From positions 1 through 31,927 of the forward strand of contig CBDBIJ010000097.1 in the NCBI GenBank assembly GCA_965205655.1: DNA of 31,927 bases. Direction: 5' to 3'. The notes under the pieces were generated by a model, which saw only the letters and a list, made by a program, of their open reading frames with translations, did no database searches and was not told the DNA's origin. Positions 1 to 10,179 of this stretch are shown here, one piece after another. This stretch comes from Candidatus Latescibacterota bacterium (lineage in GTDB: Bacteria > Latescibacterota > UBA2968 > UBA8231). Each line of letters begins with the position of its first letter. Within the stretch, counting starts at the first letter, position 1. The translations under genes and the position numbers were made by a program.

Positions 1-367
1 AGGCCACACACAGCCTAGCGGTGGGAAGGGCCTCCAATCTCGGTTTGGGAATGAAAGGGCACGACTCACACAGCTTGAGGGGGGTCTCCAGGCAGGCCTC
101 ACACTTTCCGTAGCTGTTGCTTTCCAGCTTCTCCATCGCCAGCATGATCTCTTCCAGCTCACGCCGTTCCGTGTCGCCGAGGGCGACGAGCAATTCCATG
201 GTGCCCGCCTCTACCGCGCGGTCGAGATCGTCCGCCTTCGGATCCTGTAGTTGGTCGATTTCCGTTTCGGTGCCGTCGAGATCGGCCAGCAACTCGGCCC
301 GCCGCGCGAGGAGCCACGTCCTCATTTTGTCCCGATCTCTTTTGTTCAGTGCAACCCTTTTCGCCAT
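1..367 (-). CDS. DksA/TraR family C4 zinc-finger protein (3' end runs off window)
   Basis: Manual translation, absent from the ORF track: MAKRVALNKRDRDKMR...KADDLDRA...YGKCEAC...CESCPFIPKPRLEALPTARLCVA. DxxDxA coiled-coil tip, YGxCxxC and RLxAxPxAxxC motifs; GGGAG upstream of ATG 367. Confidence 0.88.
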   Translation of the reverse strand, partial: MAKRVALNKRDRDKMRTWLLARRAELLADLDGTETEIDQLQDPKADDLDRAVEAGTMELLVALGDTERRELEEIMLAMEKLESNSYGKCEACLETPLKLCESCPFIPKPRLEALPTARLCVA

Positions 368-517
368 TGCTAACTCCCGCCTGGGTTGGAAGCCTTGCGC
401 CCAGCGCTCCGAGCTGTCTAACCCCCGGTGACCGGCTTGGTTTCCCACCTCCAAGGCTGCCGTTGAGCTGTATCCATTATCGACCGATTCGGCCTGCTCT
501 TTAGTGTCGGGACAGCG

Positions 518-1267
518 CTATTCCCGCTCCATCTTTCGCAGCCGATCTCTCAGGTCCGCTGCCAGCTCGAATCTCTCCTGCTCGACGGCGGCTCTCAGGT
601 CTACGTGCAGTTTCTCGAGCGGGCTCAGAGGTCGGCTCTGCTCGACCTCCCTTTCCCACTCCTTCAGAAATTTGAGCTCCGGGCAATCGTCGAACTCGAG
701 CTCGCCCAAGTCGCTGACGACCTCCTCGATCTCGGTGATCCCCTTTCTGATCACCTCGAGGGCTTCGTCGTGATTCTCCTTTTCGAGCAACTGCAGCGCG
801 TTGGCCTGAATCCGGTGCGACGTGACGAAGGCTCGGTACTGGTCCGCAATCTGTCGATCCTCTTCGTGCTCGGCGAACTCCTGACACATGTCGAGAATGC
901 CGAGGTTGTGAATCGCGTCGGCTTCTGCGCAGGCGTATTCTTTCAGCTCGAAGAAGCTGATGCGGCGCCAGTAGTACTGCATCGCCTCCTGGCCCAGGGC
1001 CCAGCAATCCTCTCTCGATAGTGAGAACGGCCCACCGTTCCCCTCGTGCTCGTGATGCTCGTACCGCCCTTCGTAATACTCTAGAAGGGACGTGCACTCG
1101 TGGGGACGCGTACCGTCCGGTCGTCCCGCCCACTCAAGCTGCATCAGGCCCAGATCCATTCGAATCTGGATCTTCTTTCGGTCGCCCTGGCCCTCTATGG
1201 TACGGACCCGCAACTCGCCGGGTTCGTAGTCCCAGCCCTTCAGAATCCGCGTGATGTCGTCACTCAT
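518..1267 (-). CDS. Conserved protein with C-terminal UvrB/UvrC (UVR) coiled-coil motif, paralogue 1
   Basis: C-terminal LRAAVEQERFELAADLRDRL is a UVR motif; N-terminal KIQIRMDLGLMQL...GRPDGTRPH is shared with 29536..30300. Confidence 0.8.
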   Translation of the reverse strand: MSDDITRILKGWDYEPGELRVRTIEGQGDRKKIQIRMDLGLMQLEWAGRPDGTRPHECTSLLEYYEGRYEHHEHEGNGGPFSLSREDCWALGQEAMQYYWRRISFFELKEYACAEADAIHNLGILDMCQEFAEHEEDRQIADQYRAFVTSHRIQANALQLLEKENHDEALEVIRKGITEIEEVVSDLGELEFDDCPELKFLKEWEREVEQSRPLSPLEKLHVDLRAAVEQERFELAADLRDRLRKMERE

Positions 1268-1355
1268 AACTAGCGGAAGTACAATAACAGAAGTAACTTA
1301 GCGCCATTTTGGTGCAGCGAGATCAGGCCTATAATAGCGGCGCCCTTTCGGTTTG

Positions 1356-2162
1356 TCAACTGTCCTGAGGGGTCTTTCTGGAGGGCTCCCGGATCTCCTC
1401 GATGATCGCCGCCAGTTCGGCGCGCAGTGTCACCGTCGTCTCCCGTTTCGACAGGTGATCGCGAATGACCGGAACCGCCTCCTCGCCAACTCTTACCAGG
1501 GATGAATGGGCCAGTTGTCGCTCTTTCGGCGTCGAATCCTCCAGTGGCCGGTCAAGCTGGTCCATCGGCGTGCCGAACATGCTCACGGCCGGATAATTCT
1601 GCTCGCCGAATAATCCGCCGCGTCCGCCCTCCAACCCCCGTGGCGGTCGCAGGGAATCCCTCCATGCCCGCACGCTCTGCTCGTCGCCGCTGAACACCCC
1701 GCGCCCTGAGCGCTGATCCTCGAGCAGCATGAGTTTGTCAAAGAAGCTCAGCGCGTTGACGAGAATCCCCGCAGCTTCGTCGCCTCCCAGATCGCCGAGG
1801 ACGGGCCAGGCTGCCATGCGCAGTTCCGCCTTCCCCGGGTCCATCACCGAGCGATCGAGCAGGTGGCCGATCGATTCCACAGCGCTGCGGTCGCCGACTC
1901 TTCCCAACGCCACGATCGCCTGCTCCTGCAGTGTCGTGCGGCGGTCGTATTCGCGGAGCACCCCCAGCAAGACGGGAACGGCGAGTGAATCGCCGATTTC
2001 ACCGAGGGCGATGACTGCTTTCTTGCGGGTCGCGTACGGATAATCCTGTCGCCCCGCGATCTCGATCAGCTTGTCCAGCTTGCCGTGATCGCCACGCTCG
2101 TAGTCGCGCTGGAGTTGCGCCACATTCGTGCAGCACACTGCGAAAGCCGCCCCAGCGAGCAT
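1356..2162 (-). CDS. HEAT/PBS-lyase repeat protein, possibly exported
   Basis: Repeats RKKAVIALGEIGDSLAVPVL, QAIVALGRVGDRSAVESI, VLGDLGGDEAAGIL. Start uncertain: the track start at 2255 overlaps the divergent mrp gene, so ATG 2162 was chosen. Confidence 0.7.
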   Translation of the reverse strand: MLAGAAFAVCCTNVAQLQRDYERGDHGKLDKLIEIAGRQDYPYATRKKAVIALGEIGDSLAVPVLLGVLREYDRRTTLQEQAIVALGRVGDRSAVESIGHLLDRSVMDPGKAELRMAAWPVLGDLGGDEAAGILVNALSFFDKLMLLEDQRSGRGVFSGDEQSVRAWRDSLRPPRGLEGGRGGLFGEQNYPAVSMFGTPMDQLDRPLEDSTPKERQLAHSSLVRVGEEAVPVIRDHLSKRETTVTLRAELAAIIEEIREPSRKTPQDS

Positions 2163-2225
2163 CGCGAGTCGTCTGAGTGTCCAAACTTGCCGTACCGTAA
2201 ACCCTGTGGGATATTTTGTGGTTCT

Positions 2226-3026
2226 ATGACTCAAACGCAGACTCATAACCGCCAACCGATTATCGGCGTTAAAGATATGTTGGCAGTATCAAGCGGCAAG
2301 GGCGGCGTCGGCAAGTCGACCGTCAGCGCCAATCTCGCCGTCGCCATGGCCGCGCATGGACGCCGCGTCGGACTCATGGATGCCGATGTGTACGGCCCGA
2401 ACATACCGGGGATGCTCGGCTTGGAGGGCAAGCCGACCGCAGATGAGCGAACCGGCCGCCTGCAGCCCCCCGAGGCGTTCGGTGTGCGGGCAATTTCCAT
2501 GGGGATGCTGGTCGAAGAGGGCGTCCCGGTAATCTGGCGCGGTCCCATGCTGGCCAAAATGATGAACCAGTTCCTGTTTCAGGTCGACTGGGGCGAGCTA
2601 GACGTCCTCGTGGTGGATCTTCCTCCCGGCACCGGTGACGTTCAGATCAGCCTGACCCAAACCGCGCCTCTCACAGGCTCCCTCATCGTCACGACCCCTT
2701 CGGAGATCGCCATCGAGGACGTCCGTCGCGGCGTGCAAATGTTCCGGCAGACGGATCTACCGGTTCTGGGCCTCATCGAAAACATGAGCGCTTTCGTCTG
2801 TCACAAGTGCGGTGAGGAGAGCGCCGTTTTCGGTGAGGGCGGAGGTCTGGAGACGGCGGAGCGTTTCGGCATACCATTCATGGGCCAGATCCCCCTCGAC
2901 CCGCTCGTACGCACGGCGGCAGATGCTGGCACGCCTGTGGTGCTCTCCGCCCCGGACTCCGCGGCGAGTCGGGCTGTGATTTCAGTTGCCGAGCGCCTTC
3001 TCGAAACATTTTCGAGCCGATCATGA
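2226..3026 (+). CDS. mrp: Mrp/NBP35/ApbC iron-sulfur cluster carrier ATPase (short form, no N-terminal domain)
   Basis: SGKGGVGKST, DADVYGP, WRGPM, DLPPGTGD and ENMS...CHKC motifs; ATG 2226 preferred over track start 2085. Confidence 0.93.
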   Translation: MTQTQTHNRQPIIGVKDMLAVSSGKGGVGKSTVSANLAVAMAAHGRRVGLMDADVYGPNIPGMLGLEGKPTADERTGRLQPPEAFGVRAISMGMLVEEGVPVIWRGPMLAKMMNQFLFQVDWGELDVLVVDLPPGTGDVQISLTQTAPLTGSLIVTTPSEIAIEDVRRGVQMFRQTDLPVLGLIENMSAFVCHKCGEESAVFGEGGGLETAERFGIPFMGQIPLDPLVRTAADAGTPVVLSAPDSAASRAVISVAERLLETFSSRS

Positions 3027-3847
3027 GTCCCCGCCGGCCCGCCAAAGCCTATCGCAACATCGACTTCCTCACCAGTTCGAAGGCGCGCACGTTGCGCATC
3101 CTCTCGGAGTATATCGAGCCGGAGGCCCGGTTTGGTCGCGAGGGGATCGACAACGTCATCTGTTTTTTCGGTTCGGCTCGCGCCCTGTCGAGAGAAGAGG
3201 CCGAGAAAGCGCTCGCAGACGGCCGCCGAGACGGGACGGAGGGCGCTGCACTCGAGCGCCTGGAGATGGATGTCAGGCTTGCCGGATACTACGAGGACGC
3301 CCGCACCCTGTCCGCTCTACTCACTGCGTGGTCGCGCCAGATCGGGGCCGCCGCCACCGACGATGGGGAGCCTTTCGTCGTTTGCTCGGGAGGCGGTCCG
3401 GGAATCATGGAGGCGGCCAACCGCGGCGCCACAGAGGCTGGCGGTCGATCCGTGGGGCTCAACATCAGTCTGCCACGGGAGCAGGACCCCAACGCCTTCA
3501 TCACCGATGAGCTCAACCTCGAGTTTCATTACTTCTTCATGCGCAAGCTGTGGTTCGTGCGGCTCGCGTGCGCCGTCGTCGTCTTCCCGGGTGGCTACGG
3601 CACCCTCGACGAGTTCGCCGAGGTTCTGACCCTCATTCAAACGGGCCGCAGCTCGCCGATGCCCCTCGTCTTGTACGGCACTGAAATCTGGGACGAGGTG
3701 CTCAGCTTCGACGCACTCGAGAGATGGGGAACGGTTCTCGGGGAGGAACGCGACTACTTTCAACGATGCGACACCCCCGAAGAGGCATTCGAGTTCTTGA
3801 AGGCCGGACTCAGCCCGTCGCTGGGAATTGACGGCGCGGCGGAGTAG
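3023..3847 (+). CDS. LOG family (TIGR00730-like) nucleotide phosphoribohydrolase, long form
   Basis: FFGSAR, GGGPGIMEAANRGA, FHYFFMRK and PGGYGTLDE; ATGA overlap with mrp stop. Confidence 0.9.
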   Translation: MSPRRPAKAYRNIDFLTSSKARTLRILSEYIEPEARFGREGIDNVICFFGSARALSREEAEKALADGRRDGTEGAALERLEMDVRLAGYYEDARTLSALLTAWSRQIGAAATDDGEPFVVCSGGGPGIMEAANRGATEAGGRSVGLNISLPREQDPNAFITDELNLEFHYFFMRKLWFVRLACAVVVFPGGYGTLDEFAEVLTLIQTGRSSPMPLVLYGTEIWDEVLSFDALERWGTVLGEERDYFQRCDTPEEAFEFLKAGLSPSLGIDGAAE

Positions 3848-3866
3848 GCTTCGTTTCAGCTGAACC

Positions 3867-6284
3867 CTACCGAATCCTGAATTTCGAGAGCCGCGTCGCC
3901 TCGTTGCCGCAGTTGTCCCGTGCAGTGACGATGAGTTCGTGCTCGCCCGGCTCTAGAGCTTTCTCTGGCACAAATGTTACGCGATTCGCCTCGGGGTCGT
4001 ACACGCTGATCATCCGGCTCCCGTCCAGGATGAGGGCAACATCTTCCTCCCGACCGATCCCCGAGCCGCTGTCCACCACGGCGGCGGACAATTCCGGCGA
4101 ACCGGTCTCAATGACGGACCCTGATGCCGGCCTCAAAGCCTCGATGGTTGGCGGCCACTCGTCGGCGAAAAGGGCGAACCTGCCCAGCCTCCGGACACTT
4201 GCTCCGACGAATCCCGCCATGTCACTGATCTCGTTCCCGGCAAATGCCCATTTCCCGTTGTGGCGCCCGTACACCGCCAGTTTGGAGCCATCGAAACCTG
4301 GCGGAGCGCGGAGTGAGACCCCAACTGGCCGCTCGAAGGCCGTCCGCCTCGGTCCGATATCGTAGCCCACGCCGGTCGACCTCAGCCACTGAGTGCCCTC
4401 GGGCGAAATCCGTTCGCCTTGGGGGAAGAAGGGCCCGTACAGGCTATCTCTCTGAAAGTCGAGCGCCATCTCCCCTTTGCCGAATATTAGTCTGGATTTC
4501 CTGCCCGGGTCGACGAGGGCGGCAGACAGCTCAATCTCCTTTGACATCGCGTGGCCGGCGCTGGAAGCACGAACTGCTATCTTGATCACACCCGAAGCCG
4601 CCGACAGCCCGGTGAGATCGTCTTTGGCTGCCCTCTCAGCATGACCCAGAAAACCGAGCGCCCATTGCCAAACCGTCCGCCCGTTCACCGGGCTTCTCTG
4701 GGATGCGGTTCGATCCGTGCCGAAGAGGTTGAGCGGCACTGTTGTGACGTACTCCTTCGACTCAGTCTGTTTCGTTTTGAGGGTGACGGACTGGTTGGGG
4801 CTGCGAGCTGAGAGCACCCTCACTTCTGGCGGTGCGTCGAGAATCCGGTTTGTGGCGATGTGCAGGTCGACGAAGTCGTCGTAGACGATCCTCCTCAACG
4901 ACAATGTCAATTCTTGCCCGGCGCCGCTGTCGGAGGAGACGACGGCGAAGGTGCGAAGAGCGGCCGGACCGACTCCGTCATCGACGCGAAGGCGCCATAG
5001 ACGATTGGCATCGGCGGGGAGAGCCCAGGTAAATGGTCCGGCACCCGCTCTGACGCGCTGAACCCGATCCCTCTTCCACCTGCGGCCGTCCGGTGAGTTC
5101 GACAGCTCCACCTCCAATTCCCTGTCGTCGACGTCGGTGAGATCGGCCTCGACATAGAGAGAAACGTCTCCACCCTCCACCAGGCGCAGCGATCTTACTT
5201 GCGGCGGCTGATTGACGCGCAGCAGAACGCGCGCCCGGCTTTCATTCCCCGCAACGTCTGCCGACACGACCTCGATCATCTGGTCCCCTTTTGGTATCTG
5301 AGTATCTCCCGGGACCTCGGCACGTGCCCCGCTGGTCTGACAGGCAATGATGCCATTTGACTGCGGTTGTGTTTCGTAGAAATCCAGGCGATTTCCGCTT
5401 AGTCTGAACAGATTGAAATACTCCTCCTGCCGCTCACCTTCATCAGACTCCAGCCGCCAGCGGTCCAGAGACACCTGATGCGCTTCGCTGTAGGAAACGC
5501 GGTCGTAGATGGCGGTCAGGATCGGCGCCCCACCCACGACCAGCTCGTGGCGATACGGCGCCAGCTTGTTGTACGCCCCTTCGGCGCGGTCGTATGCCTT
5601 GACGGCTACGGCGATTCGGCCGTGAACGGACACTGGCTCAACTGCTTCGAAGAGGTTGCCACCCTTCTTCTTGACCCGCACGGAGACCGGATAGGGGGCG
5701 TGACCGCCGTTGACCCCGCTGTTGATATCGACGGGTATCAAGGCAATTCGCTGGATTGTCGGTGGCGTTCGGTCCTCGACGCCCAGACCGTTCGTGAGGG
5801 GATTGATCGGGACGTTGTTGGCATCTCTCAGTTCGAGGTGCAGATGTGGCGGGCCGGCCCCCGAGTCACCCGTTTGAGCGAGCACGTCTCCCTGACGAAT
5901 CGGGGCCTCCCCCTCCTTGAGCCAGATGTCAACGGTGTACTGACCCTTCTCCTGCTGGGCGGTCTTTACGAGTGCGGCCAGGGGATCGGCGAACGATTCG
6001 AGATGGGCGTACACGACGATGCGCCCGTCGGTGAGCTGCTGGTAGATGGCCCGGCCATACCCCCACGGCGAAGTGCGCAGCCGCAGGGCGAATCCGTCGG
6101 CGAGTGCGTGCACGTCATAGCCGGTCTTGCCCCAGGTTTTCAGGTCGATACCGGCGTGGAAGGCGGTGGAACGCGTTTCGGCGAAGGTTGAGGAGAGGGC
6201 TCTTTTGAGGGATAGGGGCCACCGGAGACCCGATTCGGCAGCCGCCGCGCCTGCGATCAGGAGAACTATCGGTACCAGTTTCAA
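3867..6284 (-). CDS. Secreted M23-family metallopeptidase with long C-terminal beta/Ig-like region
   Basis: HAGIDL, YAHL and HLHLELR zinc motifs; signal peptide (KLVPIVLLIAGAAAA); TTG 6284 overlaps the upstream TGA (TTGA). Confidence 0.85.
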   Translation of the reverse strand: MKLVPIVLLIAGAAAAESGLRWPLSLKRALSSTFAETRSTAFHAGIDLKTWGKTGYDVHALADGFALRLRTSPWGYGRAIYQQLTDGRIVVYAHLESFADPLAALVKTAQQEKGQYTVDIWLKEGEAPIRQGDVLAQTGDSGAGPPHLHLELRDANNVPINPLTNGLGVEDRTPPTIQRIALIPVDINSGVNGGHAPYPVSVRVKKKGGNLFEAVEPVSVHGRIAVAVKAYDRAEGAYNKLAPYRHELVVGGAPILTAIYDRVSYSEAHQVSLDRWRLESDEGERQEEYFNLFRLSGNRLDFYETQPQSNGIIACQTSGARAEVPGDTQIPKGDQMIEVVSADVAGNESRARVLLRVNQPPQVRSLRLVEGGDVSLYVEADLTDVDDRELEVELSNSPDGRRWKRDRVQRVRAGAGPFTWALPADANRLWRLRVDDGVGPAALRTFAVVSSDSGAGQELTLSLRRIVYDDFVDLHIATNRILDAPPEVRVLSARSPNQSVTLKTKQTESKEYVTTVPLNLFGTDRTASQRSPVNGRTVWQWALGFLGHAERAAKDDLTGLSAASGVIKIAVRASSAGHAMSKEIELSAALVDPGRKSRLIFGKGEMALDFQRDSLYGPFFPQGERISPEGTQWLRSTGVGYDIGPRRTAFERPVGVSLRAPPGFDGSKLAVYGRHNGKWAFAGNEISDMAGFVGASVRRLGRFALFADEWPPTIEALRPASGSVIETGSPELSAAVVDSGSGIGREEDVALILDGSRMISVYDPEANRVTFVPEKALEPGEHELIVTARDNCGNEATRLSKFRIR

Positions 6285-6967
6285 CGGTCTGACTGAGCAG
6301 TGCCGTTCTGATAGCTGAGCAGGTCGATCGTTTCTGGACCGACCGACAAATAGTAGTGAGGCTCTTCCGTCCAAGCGCCGGTGTTGAGATAGCGGGTTCC
6401 ATCTCGCTCGAGTTCCATGACGGCATGAGTGTGCCCGCAGGTCACGGCTTCGAATCCGAGGTCACGGGCCTGGTAGAGAGCCCTGCGTGCAACATGTTCG
6501 TTCAACACTCGGTACAGAAAGCCCCATTTCTTAGCGTACTTCGCGACGTGGACGTCCTTCAGGCCCAAGAGAATGCTCGTCCTGTGCAGGACCTTGAAGG
6601 CGAGCTTGAACACGGAGTGACGCGGCATGACATTGTCGATTTCGTGGCCGTGAAAGACGAGGAGCCGCCGATCGATCTCCCACTGCCGCACGAACTGGAT
6701 CTTTCCGGGGTCGTCGAGCTTCACAGCGTAATCGTGATTGCCGTAGACCCAGATGACGCTGCGGCGATGTGATTCATCGATCAATCGCTGCAGGACGGCG
6801 TGATGCTCGTCGTCGAGGGGTCTCTCCGGTTTGTCTAAGATGTCGCCGTTGAGAATGAGCCCAGCGCCCTCGGGCACGCCATCCAGCCAGGAGAGGAAGC
6901 TGTCACAAAAAAAATAGTGATTGCCCAGGTGCAGATCGCTGACAACGAACGATTTGGCGTTACTCAT
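6281..6967 (-). CDS. Calcineurin-like metallophosphoesterase (LpxH-like)
   Basis: SDLHLG, NGDILD, GNHD, HGH, GHTH and NTGAW motifs. Confidence 0.85.
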   Translation of the reverse strand: MSNAKSFVVSDLHLGNHYFFCDSFLSWLDGVPEGAGLILNGDILDKPERPLDDEHHAVLQRLIDESHRRSVIWVYGNHDYAVKLDDPGKIQFVRQWEIDRRLLVFHGHEIDNVMPRHSVFKLAFKVLHRTSILLGLKDVHVAKYAKKWGFLYRVLNEHVARRALYQARDLGFEAVTCGHTHAVMELERDGTRYLNTGAWTEEPHYYLSVGPETIDLLSYQNGTAQSDR

Positions 6968-7061
6968 GTCGCTTGCCGCTGGAAATCCGCGTGTCTATAT
7001 ACACAATCGACTCAGTAGTCATCGATATTTGAATAACGCCATATCCACGCAGCCTCGCAAA

Positions 7062-8615
7062 ATGAAGCGACTTCCAGACCTATCCCCTCGTCGAGAGGCG
7101 TTGCTGGCGCACCTGGAGACCATCCTCCCGAACCCGGGCCAACGCCGGGACTTTCGCTCCCATATGCTCGAGCCGCCGCCGGCTTGCGTGCGACTGAATT
7201 CCCTGATGCCGCAATACGATCTGATGCGCTCGCACATGCAGGGGTTCGGAGAGGCCGTCCCGTGGTGTGCCGACGCCTTCGTCCTACCGTCCTCGCCGCA
7301 AACAGGTGTCGGGAAGAGTCTCGAATTCGCCCTGGGGTGTCTTTATATCCAGGCGAAGGCGACGACGCTTGCCGTTGAGGCGCTCGCGCCCGAGCCCGGT
7401 GAACGCGTGCTCGATCTGGCCGCAGCCCCCGGCGGCAAGGCGAGTCAGATCGCCGCTCGCATGAACAATACCGGCCTCCTGGTGGCGAACGAGCCGAGCA
7501 GTCGGCGCCTCTCCTCCCTGGTTGGAAACCTCGACCGCTGCCTCGTGCACAACGCGATCTTTACGAAGGCGACGGGAAGCCTCCTGGCGAGGTATTTCCA
7601 CAACTTCTTCGACCGCGTTCTCCTCGACGCACCGTGCAGCGGCGACGGGATTCTCCGCAAGGATCAGACAGTGCTCGAGTACTGGTCGGTGGAAGACGCC
7701 ATTCACAAGAGTGGGGAGCAGCTCGGCCTGCTGCGCGCGGCCTTTCATATGCTGCGCCCCGGAGGCGTGCTCGTCTACTCTACCTGCTCGCTGTCCACTG
7801 AGGAGAACGAGCGAGTCCTCCTCGGTCTGCTGAGGACCTACGGGGAGTCGGTCGAGATCATGGCGATCGATGGCGTGGAGCTGGCGCCACCGCTGCCGCG
7901 CCCCGTCGCCGACAACTACCCGTCTGAATTCGGCCGCGTCATGCGCATCTGGCCGCACCTTCACGAAACCGAAGGCGCCTTCGTCGCCAAGCTCACGAAA
8001 AGGGGTGAAACCACATGGCGAGAAGTCTCCGGGGATGCCTCTGAGGCGTTGTCGTCGAATCTCGAGGAGGCTTCCCATGAGACCGCCACGTCCGTTACGC
8101 CAGGCCCTCATGACGAGTGCTTCGGCGCGGTGTCCGGCTACAACGGGGTCACTTCTCCCATTGACGGCAGAGCCTATGTCGAGGAGCGATGGCAGTTTGA
8201 AATGCGCGTGCCGCCTGACCAGGAGCTCGCCGTCGAGGGCCGCCGTCTCCAGTTACGACCGCGGGGCTCGATCGCCCTGCAAACCCTGCCGTATTTCGTT
8301 CGCGCCGGCATGCGGCTCGCCGGCATCCACAAAGGGCACCTCCACCTTACGCACCAGGCTGTCTCGATGTGGGGCCACCAATTTCGAGGGCCCCGCATCC
8401 CGTTGACGTGGCCGCAGGTGTTGGCGCTGTTCAGGGGTGAACGGGCCCATCGGCCAGATCCCGCGGATCACAAAGGCGAGGCGATCTTCTGCTTCGGCCC
8501 CTGGACCATCTGCCGCGGCCTCGTCGAGGCCGGTGGCCGGACGCTCCAGGGATTCCTGCCTGCCTCTCTGCGGTCCGCACAGGTGCACGCCCTGTTCGAC
8601 TATCAGTCGTCGTGA
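7062..8615 (+). CDS. RsmB/RsmF/NOP2 family RNA m5C methyltransferase
   Basis: VLDLAAAPGGKA, LLDAPCSG and YSTCS...EENE motifs; ATG 7062 avoids overlap with the divergent gene. Confidence 0.9.
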   Translation: MKRLPDLSPRREALLAHLETILPNPGQRRDFRSHMLEPPPACVRLNSLMPQYDLMRSHMQGFGEAVPWCADAFVLPSSPQTGVGKSLEFALGCLYIQAKATTLAVEALAPEPGERVLDLAAAPGGKASQIAARMNNTGLLVANEPSSRRLSSLVGNLDRCLVHNAIFTKATGSLLARYFHNFFDRVLLDAPCSGDGILRKDQTVLEYWSVEDAIHKSGEQLGLLRAAFHMLRPGGVLVYSTCSLSTEENERVLLGLLRTYGESVEIMAIDGVELAPPLPRPVADNYPSEFGRVMRIWPHLHETEGAFVAKLTKRGETTWREVSGDASEALSSNLEEASHETATSVTPGPHDECFGAVSGYNGVTSPIDGRAYVEERWQFEMRVPPDQELAVEGRRLQLRPRGSIALQTLPYFVRAGMRLAGIHKGHLHLTHQAVSMWGHQFRGPRIPLTWPQVLALFRGERAHRPDPADHKGEAIFCFGPWTICRGLVEAGGRTLQGFLPASLRSAQVHALFDYQSS

Positions 8616-9754
8616 GCAGCTCTTGTTTTGACGCTCACCGTCTCGCGGCCCTGACCGTGCTCACGAGCGGCTTGGTCATATCCGGTTCGGACGGCCTCGC
8701 TGCTGAACTCCGGGAGCGAACGACCAACTCCTTCGAACCCGAGTGGCAGAAGGGTGTCACTTACACCCATCTGTACAGATTTCACAACAATCTCCTGTCT
8801 GAGCGCTCGCGGCAATCGCTGTCCTATCTGGAAAGCCGCGTTCGCGCCGAGTGGATCGCGCTGAATCCCTTCGGTTATCAGCGCGTCGTCGACGAACCCG
8901 ACATCCGTTTCGGCAGTGATCCTCCGGACGAACACCTGCGGCACGCCGTCACCCAGGCTCATGAGCTCGGCCTCAGGGTGATGCTCAAACCCCATATCTG
9001 GCTGCGGGCACCCAGCGCCGACCAATGGCGGGGGACGATTGAGATGGGCACGGAGGAAGACTGGAAGCGGTGGTTCGCCAACTACGAACGGTTCATCCTC
9101 CACTATGCGGCGTTGGCCAGCTCGGAGGATGTCGACCTCTTCTGTATCGGCGTCGAGCTCGCGCGCACGGCAATCGAGCGCGAGAATGACTGGAGAACCC
9201 TTATCGAGAAGGTGCGCCGCAGGTATTCTGGCCCCCTCGTCTACGCTGCGAACTGGTGGGAGGAGTACGATCTGCTCCCGTTCTGGGATGCCCTCGACTA
9301 CATCGGCATAAACGCCTTCTTCCCACTCAGCGACACACCCGGCCCGGGCCTTGCGGCCCTGCGCCGTAGCGCCGAGAGGATAACTGGTGAGATCGCCATC
9401 CTGCACATGACAACTGGCAAGCCGGTGATTTTCACCGAGATCGGATTCAAGAGTATCCGCGGGACGAGCGTCACGCCGTGGGAGTGGCCCAGGCGCTTCG
9501 AGCCCGCCATTGACCCGGGGGCGCAGGCGCGTTGCTACCAGGCGGTGCTCGAGGCCTTCTGGGAAGAACCCTGGTTCTACGGCATGTACTGGTGGAAGTG
9601 GTTCAGCGACCTGGATCTGGGGGGACCGGCGGATCCCGGATTCACCCCCCAACGGAAGCTGGCAGAGGACATCCTGTCGAAGTGGTACGCGAAGCCGCTC
9701 CCGACCCCCGACTTGTCCACACCGAGTTCAGCGCCGCCGGAAACCGTCGAGTAG
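8612..9754 (+). CDS. Secreted glycoside hydrolase, GH113-like TIM barrel
   Basis: VMLKPH, IGVEL, YAANW, FWDALDYIGINAFFPL and FTEIG motifs; hydrophobic N-terminus; GTGA overlap. Confidence 0.8.
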   Translation: MSSSCFDAHRLAALTVLTSGLVISGSDGLAAELRERTTNSFEPEWQKGVTYTHLYRFHNNLLSERSRQSLSYLESRVRAEWIALNPFGYQRVVDEPDIRFGSDPPDEHLRHAVTQAHELGLRVMLKPHIWLRAPSADQWRGTIEMGTEEDWKRWFANYERFILHYAALASSEDVDLFCIGVELARTAIERENDWRTLIEKVRRRYSGPLVYAANWWEEYDLLPFWDALDYIGINAFFPLSDTPGPGLAALRRSAERITGEIAILHMTTGKPVIFTEIGFKSIRGTSVTPWEWPRRFEPAIDPGAQARCYQAVLEAFWEEPWFYGMYWWKWFSDLDLGGPADPGFTPQRKLAEDILSKWYAKPLPTPDLSTPSSAPPETVE

Positions 9755-9997
9755 GGCAGTCCCTTTCTTCAAGCTGTCCACTCTTCGTTTGGTGGCCCGC
9801 GTGAGGTGGGGAATTTTCTTCACTTGGCGTCGGCACATTTTTCCGTCTCACCGATCCCGCCAGAATTCGACCTCCCATCACCCGTCGAAAACACCGCTAT
9901 ATGTGGTGGGCTCGCGCCATCCGATCCAACATGACGCGATCGTTCCAACAAAAAATAACGTGGTATCACGTTGAGTTTTGTAATTGTGTGACATTTA

Positions 9998-10010
9998 TAA
10001 CTAGTTGTTT
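9998..10010. promoter_or_regulatory. Probable IHF site in AT-rich region upstream of sigma-54 promoter
   Basis: TAACTAGTTGTTT, one mismatch to YAANNNNTTGATW, ending about 30 bp upstream of the -24 element. Confidence 0.5.
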
Positions 10011-10041
10011 ATAATGATGTTGTAAGATAATCGCAAAAATC

Positions 10042-10056
10042 TGGCACATCCATTGC
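10042..10056 (+). promoter_or_regulatory. Sigma-54 (-24/-12) promoter
   Basis: TGGCACATCCATTGC: GG-N10-GC, matches TGGCAC-N5-TTGC; intergenic AT-rich context. Confidence 0.8.
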
Positions 10057-10083
10057 GAAGTGACCGTCGTTCAAACACCTCTT

Positions 10084-10174
10084 GTCGGGATCCGAAGGTA
10101 GAAACTCCCCTTCTCATTCGTCTGCCTCTCCTCGCGCAGACGAAGCCTTCGGATCCCACTTCTTTTCGCGAGGA
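10084..10174 (+). ncRNA. Candidate structured leader RNA or sRNA
   Basis: Perfect 12-bp stem 10087-10098/10146-10157; inner 9-bp stem 10117-10125/10136-10144; loop segment 10129-10136 is complementary to the RBS at 10167-10174. Confidence 0.5.
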
Positions 10175-10179
10175 AAAAA

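Noticed and set aside
9894..9909. NrdR-box-like CCGCTATATGTGGTGG
   Set aside because: Single copy, no partner box and no ribonucleotide reductase gene nearby.
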